Assembly: GCA_002688265.1 (NCBI GenBank)
Contig: NZCK01000007.1
Span: forward strand, 33,685 to 97,684
Direction: 5' to 3'
Source of the DNA: an archaeon
GTDB taxonomy: Archaea; Nanobdellota; Nanobdellia; Woesearchaeales; GW2011-AR9
Length of the DNA: 64,000 bases
How positions within the stretch are numbered: the first letter of the stretch is position 1; the number at the start of each line of letters is the position of its first letter. The notes below the pieces were generated by a model. The model was not told the origin of the DNA. It made no database searches and worked only from the letters and a program-made list of their open reading frames with translations. Of this stretch, positions 39,001 to 48,320 are shown one piece after another. The position numbers were made by a program, and so were the translations under genes.

Positions 39001-39564
39001 TTACTTAACTCTCAACTTCAACTCTAAAACTAAATCTTGCAACTTGTTTAAAGAATATTTGATACTGTCTACTTTTTTTCTAAGTTCGTTGCCTCTGCTA
39101 TTTAATGTGAGGAATTGACCATAAATATTGTCAACTGCATCTCTGATTTTTTCTACTGCTTCTTTATTTCCTTTACTTGCTTGAAAAACTGCGCGTCTTA
39201 CTAATTCCCCTGGCAAATCTGCTAAGCCCAAGAGATAATGTTCAGGATGCAAGTTGCTTAGAACTTTTACTTCACCTGTTTGAACAAAATCCAAATATAG
39301 AATTGCTTCCACATACTCTTGCACAGCTATCTTGTAACTGCCTTCGTATTGAAGTTTGGTGTCATGTGCAGCGATTGATTCTAATTGTTTTAGTTCGGTT
39401 TCTATTGTTGTTTTGAATTCGGTTGCTTTTTGAATTTCGTCACGGTGTACTGCATAGATTAGAAGCTTTGAGAGTTTTAGAACGTCTCTACTCTTCTTGA
39501 TTAATTCTTCGCGTTTGCTATCGTACGCTGCTAGTTCTTTTTGAATCTTAGATAAGTCTATCAT
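39001..39564 (-). CDS. Hypothetical all-alpha protein.
   Basis: 187 aa, predicted helical. No confident family (translin-like or PhoU-like folds are possible). Confidence 0.4.
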   Translation of the reverse strand: MIDLSKIQKELAAYDSKREELIKKSRDVLKLSKLLIYAVHRDEIQKATEFKTTIETELKQLESIAAHDTKLQYEGSYKIAVQEYVEAILYLDFVQTGEVKVLSNLHPEHYLLGLADLPGELVRRAVFQASKGNKEAVEKIRDAVDNIYGQFLTLNSRGNELRKKVDSIKYSLNKLQDLVLELKLRVK

Positions 39565-39628
39565 AGAATAGTTAATTTGGAAGCTGTTTTTTAAGGGTTT
39601 CTGATATATTCACTTATTTAATATTAAT

Positions 39629-40798
39629 TCACTTTTCTAACACTTGACCAGGTAAAAGATTTTGCTTCACAGTTACACCATCAGCTACAACAGAACCCAA
39701 TTGATTCAACTTAGTATCAATCACTTGGCCTTTAATTTTCATCCTAATTGTTTTTTCTGGACTATTATAATTAGTTGTGATTTTGTCTTTAATATTCACC
39801 TTCTCACCAATAACCGAATGATGAATTCTACAATTTTTTCCGATTGTTGTATGATTACCAACCACAGAAGCTTCGATAATAGAATTGTTTTGGATTGTGC
39901 AATTATTGGCAATTGTAGTTGGACCAACAATAGTAGCATTTTCTTCTATTGTCACATTTTTCCCAATTGTAACTAAACCAGTAACCCTGGCACCTTTCTT
40001 AATTACAGAACCTGTATCCATACTAACTTCAGTCTCAACAATAGCGCCCGCATTAACAGATCCCTTATGAATTAATTCAGAATTGTGTTCTAATATTTTT
40101 TGCGTTGCAGTTAAGATATGCCAAGGATAACCAACAGGTTTCCAATACGCCCCCACTTTAGCATGATGCATCTTCTCAAGCCTTGCAAGTTTAGCTACAG
40201 CATCAGTTAACTCAATCTCACCACGCTTACTTGGTTTTAGTTTTTTTAATATTTCAAATAATTCCGCTTTGAAAGAATAAGCACCAACATTAACTAATTT
40301 TGACTCTGCTTCGCCTTCTGGTTTTTCTACAAAACCAGTTACCTTGCCTTCCTTGTTGACAGTTACAACACCAAAAGCAGAAACGTCTTCCAACTCTTGC
40401 AATAAAATGCAATTATTGTGGTCAGTAAGTTTTTGTAAATCTTTGTGAGAATACAAATCATCACCATTGATAACTAAGAATTGGTCATCTGTTTTTGCTG
40501 CTTTAAGGACATGCTCTTCAGTAACCATTACAGCATGTCCTGTTCCCTTACGTTCTTTTTGAGTTACATACTGGATAGGAATTTTATGGTAATAATCTTT
40601 GAAATATTCTTTTATGGTATCTTCTTTGTAACCAGTAACTAGAATTATTTTAGTAACTTTAGGAGTTAATTTACTTATCTCATGTAAGGTGTGTTCTAGA
40701 AGAGGACGGCCTGCGATATCAACCATAGCTTTTGGTTTGTTCTTAGTCATTGGCATTAGCCGAGTTCCAGAACCTGCTGCCATGATGATTACTTGCAT
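39629..40798 (-). CDS. glmU: Sugar-1-phosphate nucleotidyltransferase with C-terminal left-handed beta-helix acetyltransferase domain (GlmU-like).
   Basis: N-terminus MQVIIMAAGSGTRLMPMTKNKPKAM (G-x-G-T-R-L). C-terminal hexapeptide repeats (IGKNVTI, IGPTTIANNCTI, etc.). Confidence 0.75.
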   Translation of the reverse strand: MQVIIMAAGSGTRLMPMTKNKPKAMVDIAGRPLLEHTLHEISKLTPKVTKIILVTGYKEDTIKEYFKDYYHKIPIQYVTQKERKGTGHAVMVTEEHVLKAAKTDDQFLVINGDDLYSHKDLQKLTDHNNCILLQELEDVSAFGVVTVNKEGKVTGFVEKPEGEAESKLVNVGAYSFKAELFEILKKLKPSKRGEIELTDAVAKLARLEKMHHAKVGAYWKPVGYPWHILTATQKILEHNSELIHKGSVNAGAIVETEVSMDTGSVIKKGARVTGLVTIGKNVTIEENATIVGPTTIANNCTIQNNSIIEASVVGNHTTIGKNCRIHHSVIGEKVNIKDKITTNYNSPEKTIRMKIKGQVIDTKLNQLGSVVADGVTVKQNLLPGQVLEK

Positions 40799-40939
40799 TG
40801 TGTTTCCTCAAAACCAAATGGTTACGCGCATTTGATACGCAATGTGTGGCGTTACGCTTCACTTCAGCCCCACTATTTTTCTATGTTCCAGTAAATGGAC
40901 ATACACCAAAATAATTCTTCTTAGTATTTTTTTAACATA

Positions 40940-41614
40940 TTATTTTATCTTATCAATAATATCAAAAACTTCCTTTAAAGACTTTATGGAAAAAGAAGGC
41001 TCAGTTTGAGGAGTATATTGTATATGTTTTCCACGACCATGTCGCATATGAATTGTCTTGATACCTAAATTTTTTGCAGGAATTAAATCTCTTTGAATAC
41101 TATCTCCAATTACAACTGCATTGTCTGGGGTAAGTGAAAATTTAGTTAGAACTTTTTGATAATAAAGCTCCTTATCTCTCTTGGGAGTAATATGAATCTC
41201 TGAAAACAAAGACTGATCTAACTTAGCTTTTTGCATTTTTTTTATCTGCTGCACAAAATCACCATGTGAAACCAAAACTATCTTGTGATCATGCTGTATT
41301 AATTGCTCTATTGTGGGAATTGCATCTGGCATTAATGGAATTTCAATATTATCAACTTTAATATTACCATAATACTCATTGATTCCAAAACTTTGGAATT
41401 GGGGTTGACCATAACTCTTACAAAAAGTTTGAATAGTATTTTTACCGCTGGTGCAGGTCTGATCTAAACTAAGAAGTTGTTCGTAGGCCAAATCAACTGA
41501 AGAAATTTGCATTCCTTCTTTAATCATTGTTGCTAGTGCATCTTTTAATTTGATGGGACCTAAACTTGCTGATCTATCAATCAAAGTATCATCCAAATCA
41601 AAAATAACTAACAT
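40940..41614 (-). CDS. HAD-superfamily hydrolase.
   Basis: Motif I VIFDLDDTLID, a downstream Ser/Thr, a Lys, and the DD motif region (GDSIQRDL). Confidence 0.7.
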   Translation of the reverse strand: MLVIFDLDDTLIDRSASLGPIKLKDALATMIKEGMQISSVDLAYEQLLSLDQTCTSGKNTIQTFCKSYGQPQFQSFGINEYYGNIKVDNIEIPLMPDAIPTIEQLIQHDHKIVLVSHGDFVQQIKKMQKAKLDQSLFSEIHITPKRDKELYYQKVLTKFSLTPDNAVVIGDSIQRDLIPAKNLGIKTIHMRHGRGKHIQYTPQTEPSFSIKSLKEVFDIIDKIK

Positions 41615-42586
41615 CTATTCCACTCCATCAAGAACTTTTATCAATTCTTCTGCAATCTTTTTGTGATCATGACGAATCAGATTACGCTTTAATAAATCGC
41701 CATTTTGAACTTCTTTCAACTTTTCACTCAAAAGATCTGTTGCAATTACATGACTATCTTTTATCAAATCGTTTTCAACTAAACTTGATTCTTTGGCATA
41801 CGCTTCAACTAAGGTATTTGCAGGGAGACCATTATTTATTAAAATATGATCAAACAAATCAGATGGCATGAACTTTGAAAGTTCTCTTAGATAACTGGAA
41901 GCCTTGAAACTATCAGTTTGGCCTTTGCGATTCATTAAATTCATAACAAAAACTTTCTCTGCCATGGTTTCTTTTAATGCACCAACAATTCCTGGGACCA
42001 ATAGTAAAGGTATAAGTGAAGAATATAATCCTCCAGGCCCAAAAACAATTAAATCAGCAGCCATAATTTCTGAAATTGCTTGGTTATGTGGGCTAGGAGT
42101 TGGTTCTAAAAAAATTCGTTTGTAACCTTGACTGATTTTTTCTGAGCCATATATTTGACCTTCGCCATTAAGCATGGACCCATCACTAAGTTCCATTCTA
42201 AGTCTTACATCAGTAGTTGTAACTGGAATCACCTTACCATTGATTTTGAGAACTTTGCCAACTTCTTCAACTGCTTTTTCAAAAGAACCTGTCACTTTTT
42301 CCATTGCGCAGAGTAATAAATTTCCAAAACTGTGACCCTTAAGACAACCTTCTTCAAAACGATAACTCATTAAAGAGCGCATTAACCTACTTGAATCTGA
42401 TAATGCAACTAAACATTGCCTCACATCACCTGGTGGCAAAACACCTAATTCATCCCTTAAAACTCCAGTGCTACCCCCATCATCAGCCATAGAAACTATC
42501 GCAGAAAGTTCAACTTCGTGACGTTTTAGACCCCTTAGAACAGTAAAACTACCTGTTCCTCCACCTAAAACCACTATCTTTTTCAT
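41615..42586 (-). CDS. CofD/YvcK (UPF0052) family protein: 2-phospho-L-lactate transferase-like or gluconeogenesis factor.
   Basis: N-terminus MKKIVVLGGGTGSFTVLRGLK and the overall family pattern. Its TAG is immediately followed by the HAD gene ATG (operon). Confidence 0.7.
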   Translation of the reverse strand: MKKIVVLGGGTGSFTVLRGLKRHEVELSAIVSMADDGGSTGVLRDELGVLPPGDVRQCLVALSDSSRLMRSLMSYRFEEGCLKGHSFGNLLLCAMEKVTGSFEKAVEEVGKVLKINGKVIPVTTTDVRLRMELSDGSMLNGEGQIYGSEKISQGYKRIFLEPTPSPHNQAISEIMAADLIVFGPGGLYSSLIPLLLVPGIVGALKETMAEKVFVMNLMNRKGQTDSFKASSYLRELSKFMPSDLFDHILINNGLPANTLVEAYAKESSLVENDLIKDSHVIATDLLSEKLKEVQNGDLLKRNLIRHDHKKIAEELIKVLDGVE

Positions 42587-42620
42587 TGATTGGTTTTTAG
42601 AAAAATTGTATTTAAGGTTT

Positions 42621-42665
42621 ATGAAAAGCTATGCTTTTCATGCACTGACGTTGTTTGTGAAAAGC
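42621..42665. promoter_or_regulatory. Operator-like inverted repeat plus a third half-site in the divergent promoter region.
   Basis: atgaaaagc-ta-tgcttttcat is a perfect palindrome at 42621-42641. A further gtgaaaagc lies at 42657-42665, just upstream of the TATA-like tttttatatac (42671-42681). Confidence 0.3.
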
Positions 42666-42841
42666 TGGGTTTTTTATATACTATTTTGTTCGTTAGGATG
42701 ATTTTTAATAATATAGAAAGGGAATCTAACAAAGCAAGGTTATGAAATTAAGGCAGATTTCAGTAACCTATGAAAATAATTCTATTTTCAAGCTTTAGGA
42801 CATACAAAAGCTTTATAAATAAGCCATTATCCAGCATTGCT

Positions 42842-43288
42842 ATGAGTCATATCTTAGTAGTCAACGGAAATGAACTGGTTAACAGAGCTGCAGCTCAACT
42901 AAAAGAACATAAATTAGTCTCTGCGCCAGAATGGTCAGTCTTCGTAAAAACCGGAGCACACAAAGAACGTCTTCCTGAAGACGCTGATTGGTGGTACATG
43001 CGTTCAGCAGCAATCCTTCGAAAAGTAGCACAACTAGGGCCTGTTGGAACCAGCAAACTCCGTGTTAAATTTGGTGGTAGAAAAAACCGAGGACACAAAC
43101 CAGGTAGATTTGTAGCTGGCTCAGGATCAATTATTAGAAAATCACTACAACAATTAGAATCAAGCGGTTTAATTGCCCAAACAGCAAAAGGAGTACATAA
43201 AGGAAGAGTATTAACCCCAAAAGGTGTGTCTTTCTTAGACAAAATCGCAATGCAAATGCTCAAAGAGTCAAGAACAGAAAAGAAGTGA
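42842..43288 (+). CDS. rps19e: Ribosomal protein S19e.
   Basis: PEWSVFVKTGAHKERLPED..WWY.RSAAILRKV...GGRKNRGHKPGRF..GSGSIIRK is the S19e signature. The start is taken at MSHILVV (the track ORF starts upstream at 42770). Confidence 0.85.
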   Translation: MSHILVVNGNELVNRAAAQLKEHKLVSAPEWSVFVKTGAHKERLPEDADWWYMRSAAILRKVAQLGPVGTSKLRVKFGGRKNRGHKPGRFVAGSGSIIRKSLQQLESSGLIAQTAKGVHKGRVLTPKGVSFLDKIAMQMLKESRTEKK

Positions 43289-43295
43289 ATGAACA

Positions 43296-43469
43296 ATGGC
43301 ACGATACATACACCCAAGTCGAAAAAAACGACTGATAAAACATGGTAAGCAAACTAAATGGGCCCCATTCTGGACCGTTCTAAAAGCATTTGGGAAAGGA
43401 AAAAGAATACACCCTTCAAGATTAACAGCAGTTAAAAGAAGCTGGAAAAACTCTAGTACCAAAGCATAA
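43296..43469 (+). CDS. rpl39e: Ribosomal protein L39e. It is not in the ORF track (57 aa).
   Basis: Translation is MARYIHPSRKKRLIKHGKQTKWAPFWTVLKAFGKGKRIHPSRLTAVKRSWKNSSTKA. It has the basic KKRL..KQ...P.W...K....HP.R....W pattern of L39e. It sits between S19e and L31e as in many archaea. Confidence 0.7.
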   Translation: MARYIHPSRKKRLIKHGKQTKWAPFWTVLKAFGKGKRIHPSRLTAVKRSWKNSSTKA

Positions 43470-43490
43470 TTTTAGATTAATAATAAAAAA

Positions 43491-43889
43491 ATGGCAGATG
43501 CAAAAAAAATGGAGAGGAGTTACACAATTCCTTTGCGTAGAGAATTTTTGAAAGTTCCTCGTTACAAACGAGCTAAAAAAGCAACTGCTGCTATAAAACA
43601 ATTCTTAACTAAGCACATGAAAAGTGATAAAATTAAAGTTGGAACTTCTATTAATGAAAAAGTCTGGGAAAACGGTATGCGAAATCCGCCTTCCAAAGTT
43701 CGTGTCCAAGTAGTTAAGGACGAAGAAGGAACTGTTACTGCGGAATTATTTGGTGCTAAGAAAACTGAAGTTAAAAAAGTTAACAAGAAAGCTCCTGTTA
43801 AAAAGAAAGAAGCACAAAAACCTGCACCTGCAAAAGAGAAGAAAACTGAAGATAAACCAGTTGAAGCCGCTCCTGCCAAATCAGAATAA
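43491..43889 (+). CDS. rpl31e: Ribosomal protein L31e with a Lys/Ala/Pro-rich C-terminal extension.
   Basis: [24 protein letters not shown]...[25 protein letters not shown] is the L31e core. Confidence 0.85.
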   Translation: MADAKKMERSYTIPLRREFLKVPRYKRAKKATAAIKQFLTKHMKSDKIKVGTSINEKVWENGMRNPPSKVRVQVVKDEEGTVTAELFGAKKTEVKKVNKKAPVKKKEAQKPAPAKEKKTEDKPVEAAPAKSE

Positions 43890-43948
43890 TTCTAATTGAA
43901 ATTTTATTGCCAATACTTTTATTAAGAAACTACTATGTTGAATGTTCC

Positions 43949-44896
43949 ATGCCAGATACTATTGTAATCGAAGAATCTACTGGAGAAATTGGTTGCGCTC
44001 CCACTGAGAGAAGCGTTAAGACTCTTTTAAATTACGGAATTGTCAACATCGATAAAGTCAAAGGGCCAAGCTCACACCAAGTTTCAGATTACGTTCAAAA
44101 AATTCTTGGTCTTAAAAAAGCAGGACACTCAGGAACACTGGATCCAGCTGTTACTGGAGTTCAACCGGTTGCTATTGGCAGAGCTACAAAAATCACTCAG
44201 TTTTTATTAACAGCTCCAAAAGAATACATTTGCGTGATGCACGTTCATAAAGATTTGGATCCTGAGAAAATAACTTCTGTTATGAACACTTTTAAAGGTA
44301 AAATTCAACAAATGCCGCCAGTTAAAAGTGCAGTTAAAAGACAATTGCGAACACGAGAAATTTATGAGCTTGAAATATTAGAGATCGATAAAAGAGATGT
44401 GTTGTTTAGAGTAAAGTGTGAAGCCGGTACTTACATTCGTGCTTTATGTAATGATATTGGAAAGAAAATTGGTGGAGCACATATGGCTTGTTTGCGTAGG
44501 TCGGCTGCTGGAGCGTTTGATGAAACAGATAACTTAGTTACACTTGATGATTTGCGTGATGCACTTTGGTATTGGAAGGAGAAAAGTAATGACAAATACT
44601 TGCGTTATTGTATTCAACCTGTTGAGAATGCACTTAAATATATGAAAAAAATCTGGGTCTTTGATTCAGCTTTACTAAGTTTAAGTCATGGACGAGATTT
44701 GGGAGCTCCAGGGATTTCTAAATTAGAGAATTTCAAAAGTGGAGAAACTGTAGCCATCATGACTCTGAAAGGAGAAGTTGTGGCTTGCGGAGTTGCTGAA
44801 ATGTCAGCTGTTCAGATAAGTACGATGCGCAAAGGGATGGCAGTTAAAACTTCAAAAGTGTTTTTTGAAATGCCTTCTGAAGGCAAAGAATTATAA
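43949..44896 (+). CDS. cbf5: tRNA/rRNA pseudouridine synthase Cbf5 (TruB family) with C-terminal PUA domain.
   Basis: KKAGHSGTLDPAVTGVQPVAIGRATK is the TruB catalytic Asp motif. N-terminal GIVNIDKVKGPSSHQV. PUA-like C-terminus. The ATG at 43949 is preferred over the TTG at 43907 of the track ORF. Confidence 0.8.
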   Translation: MPDTIVIEESTGEIGCAPTERSVKTLLNYGIVNIDKVKGPSSHQVSDYVQKILGLKKAGHSGTLDPAVTGVQPVAIGRATKITQFLLTAPKEYICVMHVHKDLDPEKITSVMNTFKGKIQQMPPVKSAVKRQLRTREIYELEILEIDKRDVLFRVKCEAGTYIRALCNDIGKKIGGAHMACLRRSAAGAFDETDNLVTLDDLRDALWYWKEKSNDKYLRYCIQPVENALKYMKKIWVFDSALLSLSHGRDLGAPGISKLENFKSGETVAIMTLKGEVVACGVAEMSAVQISTMRKGMAVKTSKVFFEMPSEGKEL

Positions 44897-44949
44897 GCTT
44901 CTATTTTATTATTTTATTTGAGATTTATATATTTAGAGGATTATAGTAG

Positions 44950-46719
44950 ATGGCGTTATCATTACCATTTGATATTTCATTCGGACTTCTTTCTAGTTCT
45001 GCTAGTAATTTTCTTTCAATTGCACTAGGGGTTCTAATAATTTTTGCATTTCTTTGGATCTGGGCACATGTTGGATCTAAAGGAGAACATAAACGGGAAA
45101 AGAAAGCAGCAAAAGAAGCAGGAGGTAGTTTTCCAAGACTCGCTGCTGCTGAAGAGGCAGCTGAAGATGAACAAAAAAAAGATGCAGCAGCCGAAGAAGC
45201 TGCAATGCAAGCAGTTGAAGAAGAAACTCATGACCAGACAAAAGAAGATGAAGATTCTGCTGACAAGAAAGTTGACAAACAAGTTGAAGAGTCTGTTAAA
45301 GCTGCAGCTGCTGACGAAGAAGATCAAGAAAAATTAGTTGAAGATGCTGAAGAAATCGAAAGAGAAGTTACCGCAATTGTAGCTGACACACAAGTTATTA
45401 GAGAAGGAGTTCACAAAGAAATCCAAGAAGAATTAACCTTAACTCAGTTAGAAGAGAAAGAAGTTGCTCAACTTGAAGCACTCGAAGGAAGAATTAAACA
45501 ACTTGAAAGTTTCGGAGAAATAAACAAAGAAACTGCCATTTACCTTGATAAATACTATGAAGACCTTATTGCACACACTCAAAAAGAAGTTACTTTTGAA
45601 AAAGAAAGAGAACAAGTAAGAACCAGAATGGTTAGAGGGTGTCGCCACGCAATTGAAGAGATGATAAAAATTAGCAATTATGCTAAAAGAAAAGTTAGAG
45701 ATTTAGTAAAAATCCAAAAAAGAGAAAAACGACATTTTAGAAAAGAAGTTAGAGCACTTGGTCGAGCAATTGTTAGAAAAACAGCAAGGTTAACAGTTGA
45801 AATGGCTAAAGGAAGAAAAGCAGACCCCGCACTGGTTGCCCAATTACAAAAAGAAATAGTAATGCTGTACGCAAATAGAAAATCATTGAAAACTGTTAAT
45901 AAAAAATTGAAAGAAACGCATGGGCTTTTAGATTTTGAAGTTAAAAAACTCAAAAAGATGATGAAGATAGTTATCAAAACTGTGAGAAAAGAAAAGAAAA
46001 AAGAAAGAGCTCTACAAAAAAGAGAAGAAAAAATTCCAAAAACAGTTCATAAACTTGAAGAAAACCAAGGCAAACTATATGAATCTACTGAGAAGTTAAA
46101 GGAAACATCAAGACTGCACGCTGCTGTTCTGCAAATATCAATTAAACTAAAAGATTATTTCTCACACTATGAAGGATTGCTAAAAGAAGATGTGAATTTT
46201 ATCAGCTTAATGGAAGTATTACTAAACTCAACTTTGGATGTGGAGAAAAAAATCGAATCTTTAACACCACTTGTTGGAAGTGTCTTAGAATCAACAGAAG
46301 CTTTAGAAAACGGCACAGCTGCTTTGATTGGGATATTAGCAAATATGCTGAACGCTAATATTTCAGGACAGTTGCAATCCCAATCAACTAGTATTGAAAG
46401 AGAAGTTGTGATTATAGAAAAACAAAAACAGATTAATGATACAATCGCTGCCATTGAAAAAGAAATTGAGAAAGGAATTTTAGAAAACGAAGCATTGATG
46501 AGACAGTTAGAAGAATTCTTGAATAAATTAATTGCAGAGAATCAAGCATTGTTTAAAGATGAGTCTGAACACTTAGCTGAGAGTATGGCTACAGCATTAT
46601 CCAAGAAGGAAGCGTTGTCAAAAGGTTATCAACAAACTACAAATAATTTTGCAGAAAAATTGAATGAAAGAAATGCTGCAGCCGGAGAAGCTTTTGAGAG
46701 AGCAATGAAAGCAGCTTAG
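44950..46719 (+). CDS. Membrane-anchored acidic coiled-coil protein.
   Basis: N-terminal TM, E/A/D-rich low-complexity region, then about 400 aa of coiled coil. The internal antisense track ORFs are spurious. Confidence 0.5.
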   Translation: MALSLPFDISFGLLSSSASNFLSIALGVLIIFAFLWIWAHVGSKGEHKREKKAAKEAGGSFPRLAAAEEAAEDEQKKDAAAEEAAMQAVEEETHDQTKEDEDSADKKVDKQVEESVKAAAADEEDQEKLVEDAEEIEREVTAIVADTQVIREGVHKEIQEELTLTQLEEKEVAQLEALEGRIKQLESFGEINKETAIYLDKYYEDLIAHTQKEVTFEKEREQVRTRMVRGCRHAIEEMIKISNYAKRKVRDLVKIQKREKRHFRKEVRALGRAIVRKTARLTVEMAKGRKADPALVAQLQKEIVMLYANRKSLKTVNKKLKETHGLLDFEVKKLKKMMKIVIKTVRKEKKKERALQKREEKIPKTVHKLEENQGKLYESTEKLKETSRLHAAVLQISIKLKDYFSHYEGLLKEDVNFISLMEVLLNSTLDVEKKIESLTPLVGSVLESTEALENGTAALIGILANMLNANISGQLQSQSTSIEREVVIIEKQKQINDTIAAIEKEIEKGILENEALMRQLEEFLNKLIAENQALFKDESEHLAESMATALSKKEALSKGYQQTTNNFAEKLNERNAAAGEAFERAMKAA

Positions 46720-46740
46720 AAAATTCTTTTGTTTAAGTTG

Positions 46741-46854
46741 TTGGCGCGCAGGTCCATTTGCCGAGATATACAAAATCACTGCGCAGTTGCCTTTCTGGCA
46801 CCAAGAATCTTCGATTGTTGAGTGTTTGGGGTGGCCCGGTCTGACCAGCGCCAA
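46741..46854. ncRNA. GC-rich structured element C (TTGGCGCG...CGCCAA-flanked). Related to element D.
   Basis: Terminal helix ttggcgcgcaggtc/gaccagcgccaa. It shares gatacaaaat...tgcgcag with the reverse complement of 62607-62737. It sits between convergent gene ends. Confidence 0.35.
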
Positions 46855-46883
46855 AACAACTTGATTTTTAATCTTAATAAAAA

Positions 46884-47480
46884 CTATTTCAACTCAATAA
46901 CCATACCATCCCAACAAGGGTTAATGACTTTAGTGTCTTTGATTTTATCAATTGCACCAATAGTCTCATGAATATGACCAGAAATAGCAAGCTTTGGTTT
47001 AATCCTCTCAATAAACTTACGATAATCCATATTACCAACATGACCCATTGACAACAAATCTAATTTGGTTTTGTAAACTGGACCATGAGTTACAAGTACA
47101 ACTTTCTTCTTCTTGTACTTGCCATACCAAATTCTTGCAACCTTCCTAAACTCTGGATCTTGCTGAGAAAAACCATCGCCACCATACCCAAGCAAGACAT
47201 AATCGCCTACCTCTACCTCAGTCTTGTGTAAGTTGATCAGATTGTCATAACGTTGAATCGTGACAGTATATTCTTCTCCCTCTTCATGATTGCCTGGAAT
47301 AATGTAAACAGGTTTATCCCAAGAATCAAATTTCTTGAACATCTGAGTTAAAGAACGATTAAAATTTGTGAAATCTCCAGCAATAATTACAAACTCAATG
47401 TCCTTGTCTTTCGCTCGCTTATCTAACTTGGCAAGATGTTTTTTATCCTCATGGATATCCGAAAATACTAGGAATTTCAT
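46884..47480 (-). CDS. Calcineurin-like metallophosphoesterase.
   Basis: MKFLVFSDIHED, IIAGDFTNF, GNHE and GHIHE. The TATA-like tatatatc about 30 nt upstream of this ATG lies inside the longer track ORF, so the start is reassigned from 47525 to 47480. Confidence 0.7.
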   Translation of the reverse strand: MKFLVFSDIHEDKKHLAKLDKRAKDKDIEFVIIAGDFTNFNRSLTQMFKKFDSWDKPVYIIPGNHEEGEEYTVTIQRYDNLINLHKTEVEVGDYVLLGYGGDGFSQQDPEFRKVARIWYGKYKKKKVVLVTHGPVYKTKLDLLSMGHVGNMDYRKFIERIKPKLAISGHIHETIGAIDKIKDTKVINPCWDGMVIELK

Positions 47481-47579
47481 TGTTACCCTTTTTTGATTGT
47501 TTATTTTTAAAGATATATAGGCCAAGGTAAATAATTAGTAAAAAATTAAAGAAAATAAAAAGAAAAAAGAAGTTTGTAC

Positions 47580-48320
47580 TTATTCTTGGTCTGCCTTAGA
47601 CTCATCTATTTCTTCAGATTCTTCTACTGTTTCTTCTTTAACAGTGGCATCTACTTCATCAGTGAATTCTTCAATTTTTCTTCTTTCTTTAACATCACTA
47701 ATTTGACCAGCAGATTTCTTCTCTAATCGCACAGCTTTCTTCTCATCAATTAATTCCATGCCACGAATTAAAACTTCTTTCACAGGAAACATTTTGTTAA
47801 TACTTCTCTTTGCTGCACTTTGAACTTTAATTCCAACAATCTTTCCTACAAATTCATCAAAAGAACTTTTCTTTAATTCTTCAGCAACCATTGCTTTTAG
47901 TTTACTTCTTAGAACTAAACCCATTGATCTGTTGATCCTATTGTAAGTTACAATCAAAGTTTTTAATTGCACAGCCTCATTATCTTTACTTCTTAGAATA
48001 TAAACATCATCTAAACGGCTGGTTCTCTTTCTAACTAACTTTTTTACAAAACCAGGCACAACACCATATCCGACAGTTTTTGTTTTTAACTGCTGGCCAT
48101 CAAGCTCGGATAAAAGTAATTTAACCTTTACATTCTGATCACGCATAGATCCTGTTAATTCTTTCAAAGAAACAGTCATGTTTCTTCCAATTAGACCTTC
48201 TGCTTTAGTAGTATAAGATTCTCCTATTTCTCTGCCACCAAAACTTTTTGGTGCTGTGATCTTTACCCAAGTTTTCTTCTTTGCTTTTACTTTTGTTTTT
48301 TTAACGTCTTTTTTTGCCAT
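47580..48320 (-). CDS. rps3ae: Ribosomal protein S3Ae (S1e).
   Basis: KKKTWVKITAPKSFGGREIGESYT...GRNMTVSLKELTG is the S3Ae signature. Acidic C-terminus. Confidence 0.85.
   Translation of the reverse strand: MAKKDVKKTKVKAKKKTWVKITAPKSFGGREIGESYTTKAEGLIGRNMTVSLKELTGSMRDQNVKVKLLLSELDGQQLKTKTVGYGVVPGFVKKLVRKRTSRLDDVYILRSKDNEAVQLKTLIVTYNRINRSMGLVLRSKLKAMVAEELKKSSFDEFVGKIVGIKVQSAAKRSINKMFPVKEVLIRGMELIDEKKAVRLEKKSAGQISDVKERRKIEEFTDEVDATVKEETVEESEEIDESKADQE

Noticed and set aside
40800-40880. Small GC-rich patch (ggttacgcgcatttgatacgcaatgtgtggcgttacgc) upstream of the GlmU-like gene as another structured RNA.
   Set aside because: It is short, only weakly self-complementary, and shows no similarity to the other element families. 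It is more likely promoter or 5' UTR sequence.
45034-45337. Antisense and alternate-frame ORFs inside the acidic coiled-coil gene, and similar antisense ORFs inside other genes (2421..2702, 12750..12959, 14412..14669, 19618..20103, 39662..40070, 55221..55925).
   Set aside because: They lie within or opposite long, well-supported genes. They have low-complexity or homopolymer-like translations and no motifs. They are typical artefacts of biased composition.
44950-46719. CRISPR arrays, tandem DNA repeats, or IS/transposase/integrase genes anywhere in the window.
   Set aside because: No regularly spaced direct repeats were found. The only repetitiveness is at protein level: E/A/K-rich coiled coils, the EEV linker at 55600-55760 and the Pro-rich linker at 14520-14700. 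No transposase, integrase or Cas-like ORFs were seen.
46741-46854. Element C as a 5S rRNA (about 115 nt, ends paired).
   Set aside because: Apart from the length and a terminal helix, it lacks the conserved 5S loop C/loop E sequence features that I can recall. There are no other rRNA genes nearby.
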